DNA of 64,000 nucleotides from Podarcis erhardii (taxonomy: Eukaryota), in NCBI GenBank assembly GCA_964252035.1, contig OZ176200.1. The stretch is one strand, 5' to 3'. Shown here piece after piece: positions 1-29,000 of this stretch (its first letter is position 1; each line of letters starts with the position of its first letter). Below the pieces are notes generated by a model. It saw only the letters and a program-made list of their open reading frames with translations. It had not been told where the DNA came from and did not search any database. A program made the translations under genes and the position numbers.

Positions 1-868
1 AGAGAGGACCCAAATAATTACCGCCCAGTCAGTCTGACATCAATACCAGGGAAGATTCTGGAGCAGATCATTAAGCAAACAGTCTGTGAGCACCTAGAAA
101 GGAATACTGTGATCACCATAGTCAGCATGGATTTCTGAAAAATAAGTCATGTCAGACAAACCTGATCTCATTTTTTGACAGAATTACAAGCCTGGTAGAT
201 GAAGGGAACACAGTGGATGTAGCCTACCTTGATTTCAGCAAGGCATTTGACAAGGTGCCCCATGATATTCTTGTAAAAAAGCTGGTAAAATGCGGTCTTG
301 ACTATGCTACCACTCAGTGGATTTATAACTGGCTGACTGACCGAACCCAAAGGGTGCTCATCAATGGTTCCTCTTCATCCTGGAGAAGAGTGACTAGTGG
401 GGTGCCACAGGGTTCTGTCTTGGGCCCGGTCTTATTCAACATCTTTATCAATGACTTGGATGATGGACTCAAGGGCATCCTGATCAAATTTGCAGATGAC
501 ACCAAACTGGGAGGGGTGGCTAACACCCCAGAGGACCGGATCACACTTCAAAATGACCTTGACAGATTAGAGAACTGGGCCAAAACAAACAAGATGAATT
601 TTAACAGGGAGAAATGTAAAGTATTGCACTTGGGCAAAAAAATTCCACCTAAACATTAGGAGGAACTTCCTGACAGTAAGAGCTGTTCGACAGTGGAATT
701 TGCTGCCAAGGAGTGTGGTGGAGTCTCCTTCTTTGGAGGTCTTTAAGCAGAGGCTTGGCAACCATATGTCAGGAGTGCTCTGATGGTGTTTCCTGCTTGG
801 CAGGGGGTTGGACTCGATGGCCCTTGTGGTCTCTTCCAACTCTATGATTCTATGATTCTATGATTCTA
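1..868 (+). mobile_element. CR1-clade LINE 3' fragment (RT domain plus 3' end), internally deleted, in TOLLIP intron 1
   Basis: ORF 213-659 has CR1 RT motifs [33 protein letters not shown] and [10 protein letters not shown]. From 643 the sequence reads [19 protein letters not shown], the end of CR1 ORF2. It ends in an (ATTCTATG)n tail at about 842-868, with an apparent frameshift near 118. Confidence 0.95.
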
Positions 869-1040
869 ACATTTTGGAATCTACGTTTGGCCTCATTAAG
901 GGGCAGTATTTCAATATGAGTAGGAAAATGAGAGTACCCTTAAACATTTTTTTAGAAAAAAAGTACTGGAGATAGCTAACAGTCACTAGCCACGGTTAGA
1001 TAAATAATAAAATCAACTAAACTTTATCTTTAGCAGTTAA

Positions 1041-1150
1041 GGTTGCTATACGCCCAGACTTTCCTGGACATACCCGGAATACTACAGTCGGAAGCAGTGT
1101 CTGGGTGGAAATCAGCAACATGTCCAGGAAAATCCAGATGTATGGCAACC
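1041..1150. mobile_element. Short MITE-like element with about 31-bp imperfect terminal inverted repeats
   Basis: The left arm ggttgctatacgcccagactttcctggacat pairs with the right arm atgtccaggaaaatccagatgtatggcaacc. GGTTGC termini resemble hAT-type ends. No clear TSD. Confidence 0.6.
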
Positions 1151-1483
1151 CATGTCAGCAGAGTCATTTTTGCTGATTTCCTTTAAAAATAGTTCAAAAA
1201 TATCAAATATTTTTGTGATCTTGCCCAAAAAGCTCAACCTTGCTTTAGCTCTCCAAATTCTCAAATCAGGTATTTCCCTGTTTCATTGATGTCCTTTTTA
1301 CCTGGGGCTTGGGAGTCCTAATCATAGTGGTGTCAATTTTCACAATATTTATTATTAAGGATTTCCATTTCAGATGTCTAAAAGAGTCAGTTTTGCATTA
1401 GTTGTACATGTCTCATAATGCACCCAGTTCTTCTTGGCAGCTTATGTTGAAGTGGGGTTACAAAGTAGATAGGGGGATACTAG

Positions 1484-16465
<14,982 letters not shown>

Positions 16466-18181
16466 ACCATCTGCTCATTTTCCATCTTCATTGTTACCCT
16501 TACTTTTGATTTGCCAAGCCCAGGGATTTAGGTAGAGGAAGAATTTCCTGAGAAAGCATCCTGTCTGAGAGATTGTGTTCCCATTTTGTTGGTGGTGGTT
16601 GTTGGACATTTGCACATTTTGTTTTTACATATGTTCTATAGAAATCTCAGCCATTTTTATTAATATATCAGTTCTGTCATGTATGGCTGCATTGGTTTGA
16701 GAGGTGGAGTTGGAGCATCTATGCTGCTTTGTTTCCTTTCCCCATTTTGGAAAACAAACACACACAAGCTTATTCACCTAGTTTTGACACTATGCATTCT
16801 GTTGTCATAAGAGGTTGAGTGATCACAGCAGACTGCTGTTCAACAGGGAGTTCTCTTAAAAGTTCCCTCCTATCAAAATAATATTTGTCTGAAAAGTGAT
16901 TACACAGTGCCCTTCAGCAGGTTCAGCAATTTATAACAATTCTTAGTATAGACAAACTGGCTTTCCTGTAACTTTTGTGATCTTTCTAATGAGAGATTCC
17001 ATTGCTTAACCTATTAATCGGGCACCAATGCAATATATTTGTTGAGTTTTGTTTGTTTAGAGATAGCTACTCTTATCAGATGTGCTGCTGTGCATCTGAA
17101 ATCTGAAGTTAATTATTTCTCGGGCCACAGTAGCAAAGACTGGAGGAACAGGGTTATTTCCTAATATGCTATTGTGTTTACTTGCACTGTCCTTGCTTCT
17201 ACATTTGTGAGACATTCAAAAAGATAAAGGTGAGAAGATTTTATACTTGGGAAAATTTGGCATCACATATGATCAGTTACCATAAAAGAATAATAATGCT
17301 TTTAAAAAAAATTCATTTTTCATCCATAATCATTTGTTATGGATGAAATCTTCTATTTTTCCATTTTAAGAAAAAAAAATTCAAGGCATAATACCAGTAC
17401 GATATACACAGTCATTACTCATTGAGTACCAGTTGGCCTTAATTCCATCAAAACTGAGGCCTGTGAAAGAATCCATTGTCACAAATGAGGCAAACCAAAT
17501 TTAAAATACAATCCCAGTATGTTGGAAGAGGGGAATTGTACATATTCATTGTGTATTGTTAGACCTGCAGAACTGTAGAAGAGGACAATTTTTTATCTGT
17601 TTAATCTGTTCCTTTCTTGTTTGGCAAAAAAGCAAAGTAATGCACTTTAATATGCACATTTTTTCTAAATGTGCTATTTGGCTTATTGATGGGTTTAAAA
17701 CATTTTAATTACTTTCTGTAATTGCCAGCCATACTTTGTACTTTCTCAAGTGTTTGAACACAGTTCAGACTCTCACATTGGTTGTGACTTTTATCACTTT
17801 GGAAAAAAAAGTGTGCATGTTTTTTGTCTCTCCCCCCCCCCCCCCAATTCCTGCTCCGCTCCTTCAAGCATTCAAAAAATTTTCCACTAGAATACTTCAT
17901 CATATCATCATAAGTACTCCTGGCACAGCCAGCTTATAGTTCAAATATTTATTTTTTTAATGATTAAAATATAGGGGAGGAAATGATTTTTAAATACAGT
18001 ACCAAAAATTTGTGTGTTTTCTTTCTGTTTGTTGCTTAAAACGTATGTATCCTTCCATCTAGCTAGCAGACTTGCATCTGTGAGCATTTATTCCCTCCTC
18101 CGCCTTCCTGTCCTTCTGTTGCTTTTTAAATACATGAATACAATCTGCTGCAATGTGTGTATTTTACAACATCCTCTAGAT

Positions 18182-18293
18182 CAGTCTTTAACAACTTGAT
18201 GCCCCCCAGCTGCTTTGTATAGCTCCCAGCCAGCATGGCTTTGGGCAGTTGTAGTCCAAAACATCTAAAGGGCACCAGACTGGCAAGGGCTGC
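18182..18293. mobile_element. Degenerate hAT MITE of the same family as 9201-9335, inside the probable TOLLIP 3' UTR
   Basis: Motif gttgtagtccaaaacatct...gggctg and near-TSD ctctagat/ctctagac. Other degenerate members at about 16020-16135, 28490-28610 and 43245-43350. Confidence 0.5.
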
Positions 18294-19520
18294 TCTAGAC
18301 CGAAGAAGCTTGTGTGTCCATCAGAAAATTAGCTTGGATACTTTCTTCATATTTTACAATACTTTCAGATCAAACTTTTATCTAATGGCATACATTGTCA
18401 GTAGCATCATAGTACAGGTAAGTCTTGTGGTATTTGTGAACTAATAGATTTTGAGAACTCAGACGTACTCAGCGGAAAGTCTGGAATAACAATTTGATGT
18501 TTGGAAAAATCTGCTGTAGCATTATACCCATAGAATAAAATGGACTGTGTAGTTCTAGAAAACGACATCCAAGTACTTAAATAGAATAATTATTAAGATT
18601 ATTCTGGAGATGGTTTTAAAGGGTTTCTTTTAGTTTAGGGAAGATCCTGAATTGTAAACGCAGTGCAAACAGTTGAGAATGCACTTTCACAATAAAGACA
18701 TAAATAGGAATGGGAGTGTTATGACTAAATTCAGTTTCTGGAAGGTACAAGGATATGAGACCTGTGGAAAGTCTGGGAAGCTTTAGTAGTGGTTGTTAAG
18801 CTGCATTTTTAAACAATAGAGCAGAGAGAACAATCGAAGAACATGGGTAGTAAATATGATAGATTGCTATTAACATGTTCCTCTATCATGAAGAAAACAA
18901 TGACAACACCCAGTCCTGTATTAAATTAATGTCCTGCATTCAATGACTACTATGTATCATTAAAGTTGAAAGGGGTAATTGCAAGCATGGCTACAGTTAT
19001 ATGCATATCTTTTCTTGATAACTACTGGGATTTCCCCTGATCCTTCAAACATGTGTTTGGAAGTAATCCCCATGGATTTTAATGAAATTTGCCTCCAGAT
19101 CAATGGGAATAAGATTGGGGTGCAAGTTGCTGATGTGGGAACATCACCTGTCAAGTAAAAGAAATGCTGTGCAACGCACAATTCTCAATACAATTTTTCA
19201 TATGCTCCGTTTAAATGAACAGCATGTTCAGCTTTGTGCATCTGGCACAGCATTCCTCCACAGCCGGAAGAACTCTGCTGAAGACTGAACTGGTATTCGC
19301 ACTAGCTTCAAACCTGCCAAGGACCTGTGAGTGGGTTAAATACAGGAATATTTTTGTCTAGCTAGATGCTTGCCACCTTCTTCTCTACTGCTGTGTGAGT
19401 GTGTGCTGATGGTTCCAAGTGTTTCCCTTTGCAGATATTATTGCTTGCGTTGACTGACCTGTAATACTGTATAGAGGATGTTTTGCTGTAATAATTCTGA
19501 AGACATTGTTTTTTACTGTA

Positions 19521-19526
19521 TTGAGG
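19521..19526 (+). terminator. Candidate TOLLIP polyadenylation signal (AATAAA), implying a 3' UTR of about 3 kb
   Basis: AATAAA preceded by an AU-rich stretch with TGTA motifs and followed by a GT/T-rich tract (gtgtttgttttt). An earlier AATAAA at 18691 is an alternative. Confidence 0.5.
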
Positions 19527-20594
19527 TTCAGATGTTTGTCTCTTGCATTGTAAAATATTTTATCCCATTCTATCTAATTTAATAAATGTGTACCAAACCA
19601 TGGGAAAGTGTTTGTTTTTAATAGGCGACATTATGTTCCAGAGGCTGGGAATTATATTAAGTGAAATGTAGACAATTTTTAAATCCAGCTATTACTCATT
19701 GAAGCTAATAGGACTAACCTAAGTCTGTTGCTGCATTGAGTAAAACACAGCCCAAAATATTGTAGACCACAGAGGCTTTCCTGGTATTTGTTTATACTTA
19801 GTGGAATATCCATACTCCAAGGATAGTTTGTTTGAAGGAGAGTGAATCATTTAAGAATCTGTGTGGCTAATGGGTGTTGCAGATAAACCCAGGAGATAGA
19901 GGTTTGAGTCCATTCTTGCTTTCAGTCACACTGCTTTTCTTGCTTAGTCTTATTTTCTCTCTCAGTTTCTTGGTTAATACAACAGGAATAAGAGGGATTT
20001 GCCACACAGGGTGGTTTTGTGGGGCAAATAAAATGAAGTGAAGTTGCAGTACTCAGGAAAGGGGTATTTTATAAAATTACACTTTTATTACTACTGTCTA
20101 GTAGTGATTATGCAATTTAATATAATTTGTAAGCTGCATGTGCCTATGTTAAAACCCTTAACACTTTATACATTACCTCTCTCTGCTGCTGATGAGCTAG
20201 AGTGTCTGACAGCACTGTTTGTATACCATTGTTTGTGATATGCCTCCCAAACGAATAGTGTGTCCTAAGTGCAATTGTGTGCAAATGTGGAAGAGTGGAT
20301 GAAATAGACAGATTTATGACTGCATTGCTAAGCATGCATAATTGGGAAGATGATGCATTGAAATTAATTGTACATATCTGAAAAGGGATGATTAGTACTG
20401 GACTACATGATGAATTTACGCCAGAAAAGGTTGCCTAGCTAGATATTGCTGAAACATTGGTTTTATCTTTTCAGTTATAGTCTATGTGTTGGTAGGATAT
20501 CCGATGAAATCAGAGTTGTTTTAAATTAACACCTCCAGGTATTTTCAGTAGTACATTAATTTAAATACCTGTTTCTTGGAAAAGCAATTTTAAC

Positions 20595-20599
<5 letters not shown>

Positions 20600-20642
<43 letters not shown>
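20600..20642. repeat. (AT)n microsatellite
   Basis: Direct reading. Confidence 0.95.
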
Positions 20643-20644
<2 letters not shown>

Positions 20645-20915
20645 AAATCAAAGAGCAAATTGCATGAGTAACATCTGTCACATCTCAATTTTTGAACAAT
20701 TCGCACAATCGGGCATGTCTTTATTGCACGATTGTATACTCAGGTACTAAACCACATGGTGAAACTAGTGTGAGCAGTTACATGGAGACATCCTCAGTCA
20801 TCTGACATGCACTTTGTTTTGCTTCTGAGCTTTGAGAAGCAAACAACAGCTCAAGTTGTCCTTGTGCACTTAGTGCTTCAGGCAAGCCTTTGGTGGTAAT
20901 TACATTAGTAATTCA

Positions 20916-21134
20916 AAACAAAATAAAAAAATTCCTTCCAGTAGCACCTTAAAGACCAACTAAGTTAGTTCTTGGTATGAGCTTTCGTGTGCATGCACAC
21001 TTCTTCAGATACACTGAATGCATGCACACGAAAGCTCATACCAAGAACTAACTTAGTTGGTCTTTAAGGTGCTACTGGAAGGAATTTTTTTATTTTGTTT
21101 TGACTATGGCAGACCAACACGGCTACCTATCTGT
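20916..21134. mobile_element. Penelope-like terminal-repeat remnant, fold-back copy 2, with about 12-bp TSD
   Basis: Same arms as copy 1 in inverted arrangement; TSD attagtaattca at 20904-20915 and 21135-21146. Confidence 0.85.
20975..21012 (-). ncRNA. Minimal hammerhead ribozyme motif (intact); the + strand counterpart is internally deleted
   Basis: The minus strand reads GUAU CUGAAGA A GUGUGCAUGCACAC GAAA GC UC AUAC. The + arm reads ctgaa-tgcatgcacacgaaagctcatac, missing gaagtg. Confidence 0.75.
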
Positions 21135-24100
21135 ATTAGTAATTCAGTTTAATTGAGTTGTGTAGATGGCTCTTAGCAGAGCTTCATGATGGTAAAATAT
21201 TTGAAACTACCTATGCCACATTATAATCCCAAGAGCCCTATAGAGCTTCCTTGGTAGTGATTACAAGCTCGCTACATGGGAAGAAAATTATATCTCCCCT
21301 CCCTCATGTGCTAGTCTCCCAAAGCATATTGTTTTGCTCTAATCAAGCCTAAAGTGGTTCCAGTAAATGGCACAATATCATGTCAAGATTAATAGCGGCG
21401 CAATGCAAATGATGCTTAAATGGCTTTCTGGTATTCCCTGGACCACAAGAGTTTGCCATCTTTTGAAGCAAAATAAGGAGGAAGAGGAAAGGAGCTACTT
21501 TCTGAAGGGAGTCCATAAATTATACTACCATTTTTTTTACTTTTAGGTAATCAATAGTGACTTGTTTTTCCTTCAATAACAAGTTCCAAAAATGAGAAGG
21601 GGGAAAATTGAATGGACAGAATTCAGCACAGAATCTGGAAATAACAGAAGAGGTTCTGTTATGGATCAGGAATTGTTTTAAGTAGCAGTATTCAAAGTTT
21701 TGGAAATAAATTGATCTCTAACTAGAGGGATGTGGAAAGTAGAGCTCCCCAAGGATTAGTATTGGGATCTTTGCTTTGGTAATAGGCTTATAAACAATAT
21801 AGAGTTAGTAGGGGTGAGCAGTATGGTGACTAACTTCTCAAGGGCGTTTGTATGGGCTCAGTGGAAAACAGGATTCTGGACTGGAAAGGCCTTTGGTGTA
21901 ATCCAGCAGCACTCTTCCTAAGCTTCCCCCCCCCCCCTCAGTCATCCACTGCATTCCAAAATGGTAATGTTTCCCTTCATGTTACCTGATATTCCTCTGC
22001 TGTAAATTGAATTGAAACAATTTCTACACAGGAAAAATAATAATAGCCTAGGGTGCCATAGGTTGAAACTAAAAGGAAAAAGTTCTCAGTGAATATTCTT
22101 GATGAGGTGAGTGAATGTTTTTGGTTACTGAAGTGATAAATCTGATTATGCCTTGAAGCATAATTACTAACTTGGAAGTCTTTTGCAGAGCCATAGCTAG
22201 GTGATCTTGTGCCCTGGCAGAACCCTCCAGATTGCGCCCCTTAACCATGGACAAGTTAGCTCTTCCGTCTCTCCTCCACCCCCCCCACCCATTCAAGTCA
22301 CCCTCTATTTAAAACCATTTCTTAAGAGGCAATGATCAATATTTATATTTATGGACATATTTTTGCGCCCCCCAAACACCTTCACCCCTGGCAGGGGCCC
22401 ACCTTGCCACGCCCTAGCTATGTCCTGTTTACAATAACTGCAGAAGCTCATCGTCCTGGTGGTACCTTTGACATCTTAATGACTCTTGCAGCTTCTTTTT
22501 AAAAAATAAAAAATAAGCCAGTTGGATTAAGTATAAAGTTCTGTGTTAATGTTTTTCTAATTCTTTGATGAAAATTTCAAAATGCAGAAGATGAACTCAA
22601 AAAGGTTTCCATTATCTCTCATGGGTGTGTTTTACTTCAAAAGAAGTAGGAGATTGTTTTATGTGGCACTTAAGAGTTTCAGCAGTGTTGCTCAGCATGG
22701 AGGCAAAAGAGCCGTGTTCCTTGTTGTTGACCTCAGGGCATCGCCTCCTGTAATGTAATCTAGATGTCATTTCGAGGCCTGCATGTTTCATTATAAGCTA
22801 GGCAAGGAAACATGAATCCTCATGCTTTCCTTATATTACATGAACATCATAACCAATTAGCTCAGTCAAAGGCACCAGAATTGTGCTTTCAGATTGAAGG
22901 CTTGCTGCTGTCACCACCACTCACTGAATATAATCGTTACACCAGCTGAGAAAATCAGGAGAACTTAATTAATATAGCGTTGCAACACAGTTGGCTGTAA
23001 GCGAACAACATGGCCACAACAAGGGCTCCAGTGTGTCTGGATCTCCATAAAAACACCCTTCGATTCAGAGATACAGGATGCTAAGAACATAGCAACTTTT
23101 GTTGCTTTGAGGCTTTCAGGAAGAATGCTGATTTTGTACCATTGGTTAAAAGAGAATGTGGATCAGAATATCTTTACTGTGAATATGAAATAATATGATT
23201 TGGGCTTTCTCTGCTTTTGGAAGGCTTTCCATTGTTCTTTAAAAAGTGCATAGACACTGCACATTAATATGCAACTCTTGAGTCTCCATCGGTCTTTACT
23301 TCTGTCGGAGAATTCTGGCCATTCCCTATCCAGGAAACTGAACAAAGCATATGGCCAATGCATCAAGCACACTCTAACCCCATTGAGGCTGTAGACCTAC
23401 CTGTCACTAGGAAGCAAATTAAATTCAGTTTAGTTGGAATAATTCTTAGAATTGTACTTTAAGGCCACAATTCTCCATCCTCTTAAGACTGTTAAAAAAC
23501 TATAAAATGGGGTTTCAATCTTGTCTTCTTCTAACCTAAAGCATTTCATTCTAGAAGTTTGCACACCACTGAGATTTTTTTCTGTTGACTAATGAAGTGG
23601 ACATTGCTTTTAAATTCTCTGTGAACATGTAGTCAGTGCTAGGTAGATTGTTGCTGCAGTTTGGAACAGAGTATAAAAAACATTTCCTTGTGAGTTCCAT
23701 ACTTTCAGTTTTGAATGTATTTGACACTCTCCCGTGGATCAGAAAAAACCCTGAAACAATATTGAATCCAGAATGCAGGACATTTTGCCATCTGAGACAA
23801 AACAGAAAATGCTGCTGCTGCTTCCCCAGCACTTTTTTTGCTGCTGCTGTGCATGGTTCTGCCTCTTCCAGGCCTTCCTTCCGCCAGTGCTAGCTTCCTT
23901 CTCCTTGTCACTTGATGGCCGCAGTGGCTGTGAAAAGGCATTTCCCTTTTTTAGTTTTTCAGTAGCCACAAGGGAGGCAAGTTGCACTCCCTCCCTCACA
24001 CCACTGTCACCTGAGGCAACTGGAGGCGGACCAGGGAAACCCTGATGTGCAGAAGGTGAGGTTAAACATAGGAGATAGGAGAGCAGCAGGCGACAGTGGC

Positions 24101-24613
24101 TGCACTCTTCACAAGTGGTGCAAGAAGTGCAGGGAAGATGAATGGCAAGGCCTTGCAGAATATCTCCACTCTCACTGAGTTTCAGCGAAAGGGGGGGTGC
24201 CTCAGGCAGCAAAACATTCTACTGCCTTTCACAGCAGGGGAACAGCAAACTGAATCTGTTAAAGGCTGCAATCCAGTGTGAAGATTAACATGCTGATAGA
24301 GAGGACAGTGTTTCCTTGCTCTACAGCATAAAAACAATGGCATAAAAACAATTGTAAAACAACATAGTAATGTAATGATAATCTTCAAATGCTGCTTAAA
24401 ATAAAGAAGATTTAGCTATTGCTTTGCACTTTGCAACTGGGTAGAAGAAACATCCATACAAAGCCCAAAAGCATCCTGAGAGACTACAGCTGGGCCCCAT
24501 CCTTTTTGGTGTCCCAAACAACAGAATCATAGCCCTGTGTGATGTGACTTAAGGGACGTCAATGCCCAGTGAATGAAATCGGCAGATGTCAAAGTTGAAA
24601 CATGCTTAAATTT

Positions 24614-24619
24614 TTTATT
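24614..24619 (-). terminator. Candidate mucin polyadenylation signal (AATAAA on the - strand)
   Basis: tttatt about 480 nt past the stop, followed on the minus strand by CA then a T-rich tract. A second candidate lies at 24823-24828. Confidence 0.5.
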
Positions 24620-25095
24620 AATCTTAAGAAACAAGAGTAAAAAGGAAAGCAGCTTTATCTTTGTCAAAATCACATGACTGCTGACACTATACAAAACACT
24701 CCTTCTGTAGCAAAGGTTGCTCAGTAATTTAAAAGATAGTTGCCAAAAATAAACAGCACTGCACAGAAAATTTGAAGTAGAAGTTTAGTTTTCTACAGTA
24801 CAATGTTATACATTTCTATCATTTTATTATATTTATAGGGATCCTTGGAGGCTTTTCTAAATGCACTTGTTTTTGTAAATAGCTAGCCAAAATGACCAAA
24901 AATGATCATGCAGGAAATAGAACATTAATTTGGTTAGGCAGCTGACCAAGAAAAAGGCTACTATTGACCTTTTCAGGGACATAGTGAGAGACATGAAGTA
25001 GCATTTAGATGACGACTGGTTTTAGCTGCTTTGGAACATGTTGGGTTCTTTTTCCTGTGACGAATGCAAATTCACTACTTTTTCTCTTCCTTTAG

Positions 25096-25270
25096 CTAAA
25101 TTTTGGATTGTGGAATGCACGCAGTCATGCACTGACACTCGTCCACGTAGATGTAGTCATAGTCAATGCTTCTGCCATCCTGGCATGTCAAGGTCACCTT
25201 TCTCCTATGGCTCTTGAGCTCCTGGCAGCAGGTACACTCACGTTGCATTGCATTTGCTTCACTGGAATAC
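25096..25270 (-). CDS. MUC5B: Mucin last exon (CK domain C-terminal half, TAG)
   Basis: YSSEANAMQRECTCCQELKSHRRKVTLTCQDGRSIDYDYIYVDECQCMTACIPQSKI*. Confidence 0.93.
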
Positions 25271-26018
25271 CTGTCCAAGTGAAATATATTAGATTAGAAG
25301 TTTTCCTGAAAATGTGACTCTGCCACATTTAGCAGTCTAGGCTGACTGCTAGATCTCACTATTCCCAGCTTAGATTTACCAAATCCCAATGATTGGATTT
25401 AAGAGCAGGAGGTTTTTGCCTATCAAAACAGGCTTAGGCAAAGTGCTGATTTTAAAGGAATGTATTTGCTTTCAAAGCTTCTATCTATAGTTTTTGTTTC
25501 ATGAGCAATTTGGTCCTCAACATGCTACCAAATCAAGGGAGGAACCAAAGCAACATGAGGTGTGGAGGAGTGGGGATGCAAAAGGCTACATACATAAAAC
25601 ACTTTCCTTTCACATGATTCAAGTTTTACTTCCAAACCAGGATATGGGAAGGGAAACAGATCTGGGGAAATAAAAGTGTGTAATGGATTGGGATTGCCCC
25701 TCCAATATTCCTGCAGGAACAAACCAATGTTCCTACACATAGATTGAAGAATCTGTGCACAGATCAGGATTCTCTAGTTCTGCCACATGGATAGATGGAA
25801 AATCAGGGTACCAAGTACATGGAAACAAGATACTTTGTGAGTCTGGGTGTTTGAAATTAATGCACCTGAATGCTGCAGTGTCTAAATTGGAATAGTGATC
25901 CAACCCACTTACAACTTGTCTGTTGTTTAATAAGAATGATTGAAATACTGTTGTATATTTATTTTGCTTCTAATGTTTTGAATAAAGCACACTAAAATTA
26001 GTACAGTTTATCCCAAAT

Positions 26019-26068
<50 letters not shown>

Positions 26069-29000
26069 GAATACAACATTTCTCCTGTATGTAGTTGTGT
26101 AAAGTGTAGAATCAGGATGACAGTCTTTTATTCAATGACTGGCAGTTAATACACACACAGGAAATGATCACATGTACAACACTTCATGTTCCAGCTCTGG
26201 TGAAGATTATTTCTGAATCTGGGACTAAACCAAATTCAGCATCCTGTTGTGCAATGGACTTTCACTTCTGCAAATGGGAACTTCCCATTCCTCTGCTCCC
26301 CACTCCAGTCTCCTGTGCACTCCTAAAGTCTGTTCCAGAGGGCTTGGGGGCCCTAAACAACAAATTTGAGAGGGCACAGGGGGGAGGAGAGGAAGGGGAA
26401 GTCCTGTTGCATCCACTGCAGTGACACTGGATTTCTCCCCTGGTTTTGTATATTATGGACACAATACAATTTTGAGAGCCCAAGCAGCAAGCTGAAGGGA
26501 AATAATGGCACTGATAGATGCTACATACACACCATACATTTAAAGCAAATTTTCATCCCAAAAAACAATCCTGGGGTTGGTTTATATTCCCCTCCCAGAG
26601 TTACTATTTGCAGCACCCTTAACAAACTAGGGTTCTGTGTACATTGTCATAATGACAGAATGTAATCAGTGTACTGGTGTATTCACATACAAGAGCTGAG
26701 AGTGCTCCTGCTTCAAAATGCATATGAAATTCACTGTGAGGACCTTTGTAATTTTCTGCTTGGTATGATTTGAATATCCCAAAATGACATGGATAAATGG
26801 ATAAGACCTTTTTGTCACTTACTTTGAAGAGCTTGGACAAGCCCCTTCACAGTAGGTCAGTTCCACAACTTCAGAAGATATGCATTCACTCTGACGTATA
26901 AGAGTTTGGTTCTTGTGAACCTTGCAGTCATTTGCTGAAAGAAAGAGGTGTGTGGGGGGAGGAAATCAAAAAATATGTCATAAATTTCACTGATGCGGAT
27001 TTCTACCTCTGGTTACAGATGAGCTACAGAACAAAAGAGGCATATAGACATATGGCATCAAAGAGTAGGCTTAATTTAGGTCTTTAGTAATAGATAGCAT
27101 TCTGCTAAATGCTATTTATAGAAAGTTTCTTGTAGGTATGTCTGTTTTTCAAAGCAACCATAGTTTGCTACTTGCTTGCTGTACTGCTTGCCTCAGGGAT
27201 CTGATTGGCTACTGTGAGAAAAGGCTGTGGGACTAGATAGGCCATAAACTTGATCCAACAGACTCATCTTATGTTCTTATGAAGACTCAGTGCAAAACAA
27301 TACTTTCAGCAAAAATAAGTAGGACAAACTACAGCTGCAGGTTTCAGAAGAGGCTTCTCTCCATCTCAAACAATATATGAAGGTTAGATAACAGGAGATG
27401 GTTCTTAATCTAAATAGAGTTAAGCTGGACCTAGGCACAGTATTGTTCAGTCATTTGTTGTAAAATACCCTAGTAATCAACAAGGTAAGCAAAAACTTCA
27501 CTTACTTTTAGGTTTACATGTTTCACAGCAGCCATCAGGAGTCAGTTCAAGTTCATGCTATAGAACAGGAAAAGAAGGTTGTTGTTGTTGTTTTAAAAAA
27601 CAAAACACTGCTGCTGCATGCAAAAGTGGGAACTTTCTAGTACTGGATTTGCACTGTGCCCTTACAGACACCCCCCCAAGTGTCCCTATATCCATTGTCC
27701 AGGAAAGTCTGACAAACAAGTATTGTTTATTATTTTAAAACTGGTGACAGTGATTGCACATGATATCTTACTCAAAAACGTCTTGAGAACTTATTGTCTG
27801 AGTTTTAACATAATTAGAGCAGAAATGATTATAAATTAAGAATGGGAAAAAGAAAACTTACAGATTCACACTCCTCTGGATGAATGATGGGACATTTCCT
27901 TTTAGATTGGACCAGAATGAATGTATCATTCATTTGCTCACATTCGTAGTAGCTGCAGTTATTTCCTCCGGGTGGCCAAATATCACCAGGCTGTTGTCAT
28001 GAATAAAACAGAGCATTATTTGTTTTGTTTGTAAGTTTTAGCATACCAAATATACTCTAAAATTAGCTAGATTGTCACTGCCCACAATCACATCTCATTG
28101 GTTCAGGACATGTCACAATTTATTCTAACCCTCATTTTCCATAGCAACTCTGTAGTTATAATCCTAAAAACACTTGTTGGAAATTGGTCTTTTTTTCTTA
28201 GAAGCAGGTAAGTGGGCTTTGGCTTTGCATGTGAGATATATTGTATATGGGACAGAGAGAGATTGGCTTGTCCCAGAACTAGCCACCCATGAGCCACATT
28301 ACCAAGACGACATTTGAACTTGCATCACCTGGCATCCAAATCCAATACATCATAAATATATTTGAATGATGAGAAATAATCAGAACTTAGAGGAGTCAAG
28401 GCTGCTTTTAAATGCTACGAAATCAATTCAAATTGTGACATTAATGGTAATGAACAATTCTACCTTGTCCTACTGATTCTAATATTAACTGGGGTAGGGA
28501 ACCCGCAGTCATTCAGATGTTCCTGAACTACAATTCTGATCATCGCTGACCACTGAGGTTGAAGAGAGTTAGAATCCAACAACATTTGAAGGGCCACAAG
28601 TTCCCCACCCTTGATTTAAGCACTAACTCAGGTAGTCTGGCAACCTGGATCTCACTGGACCCAGCTTGACCTCAGTGCTTGATAAACACAAGGCAATTGC
28701 ATAATCAGGTTTAACTAGCTAGCTTTTTATTTTGTGATTGGGCACCACCTATTTAGGGAGCAACAGATTATTTGCAGGATCAGATTCTTCACTTCTTGCA
28801 AGTGACTCCCATTATTTTGGGTGCAAGTTTCTGTGTTTCCTTGTTTGATGTCTCACAGCTCACTAGATCCTTAATCCACAGAACTTTCACATGCCTTCCT
28901 TCTGACCTTCTAGCTAAGTCGTAGATGAGTTCTCAAATATCAGGTAGACAGTTGCTGCCATGAGAGCCAGGCTTACAGATACTGAATGACCATTCAAATC

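Noticed and set aside
23551-24281. Cluster of 61-157 aa ORFs in the intergenic gap
   Set aside because: Low-complexity CTG/CAG-rich sequence with no splice-consistent exon structure or domain motif; not called as a gene.
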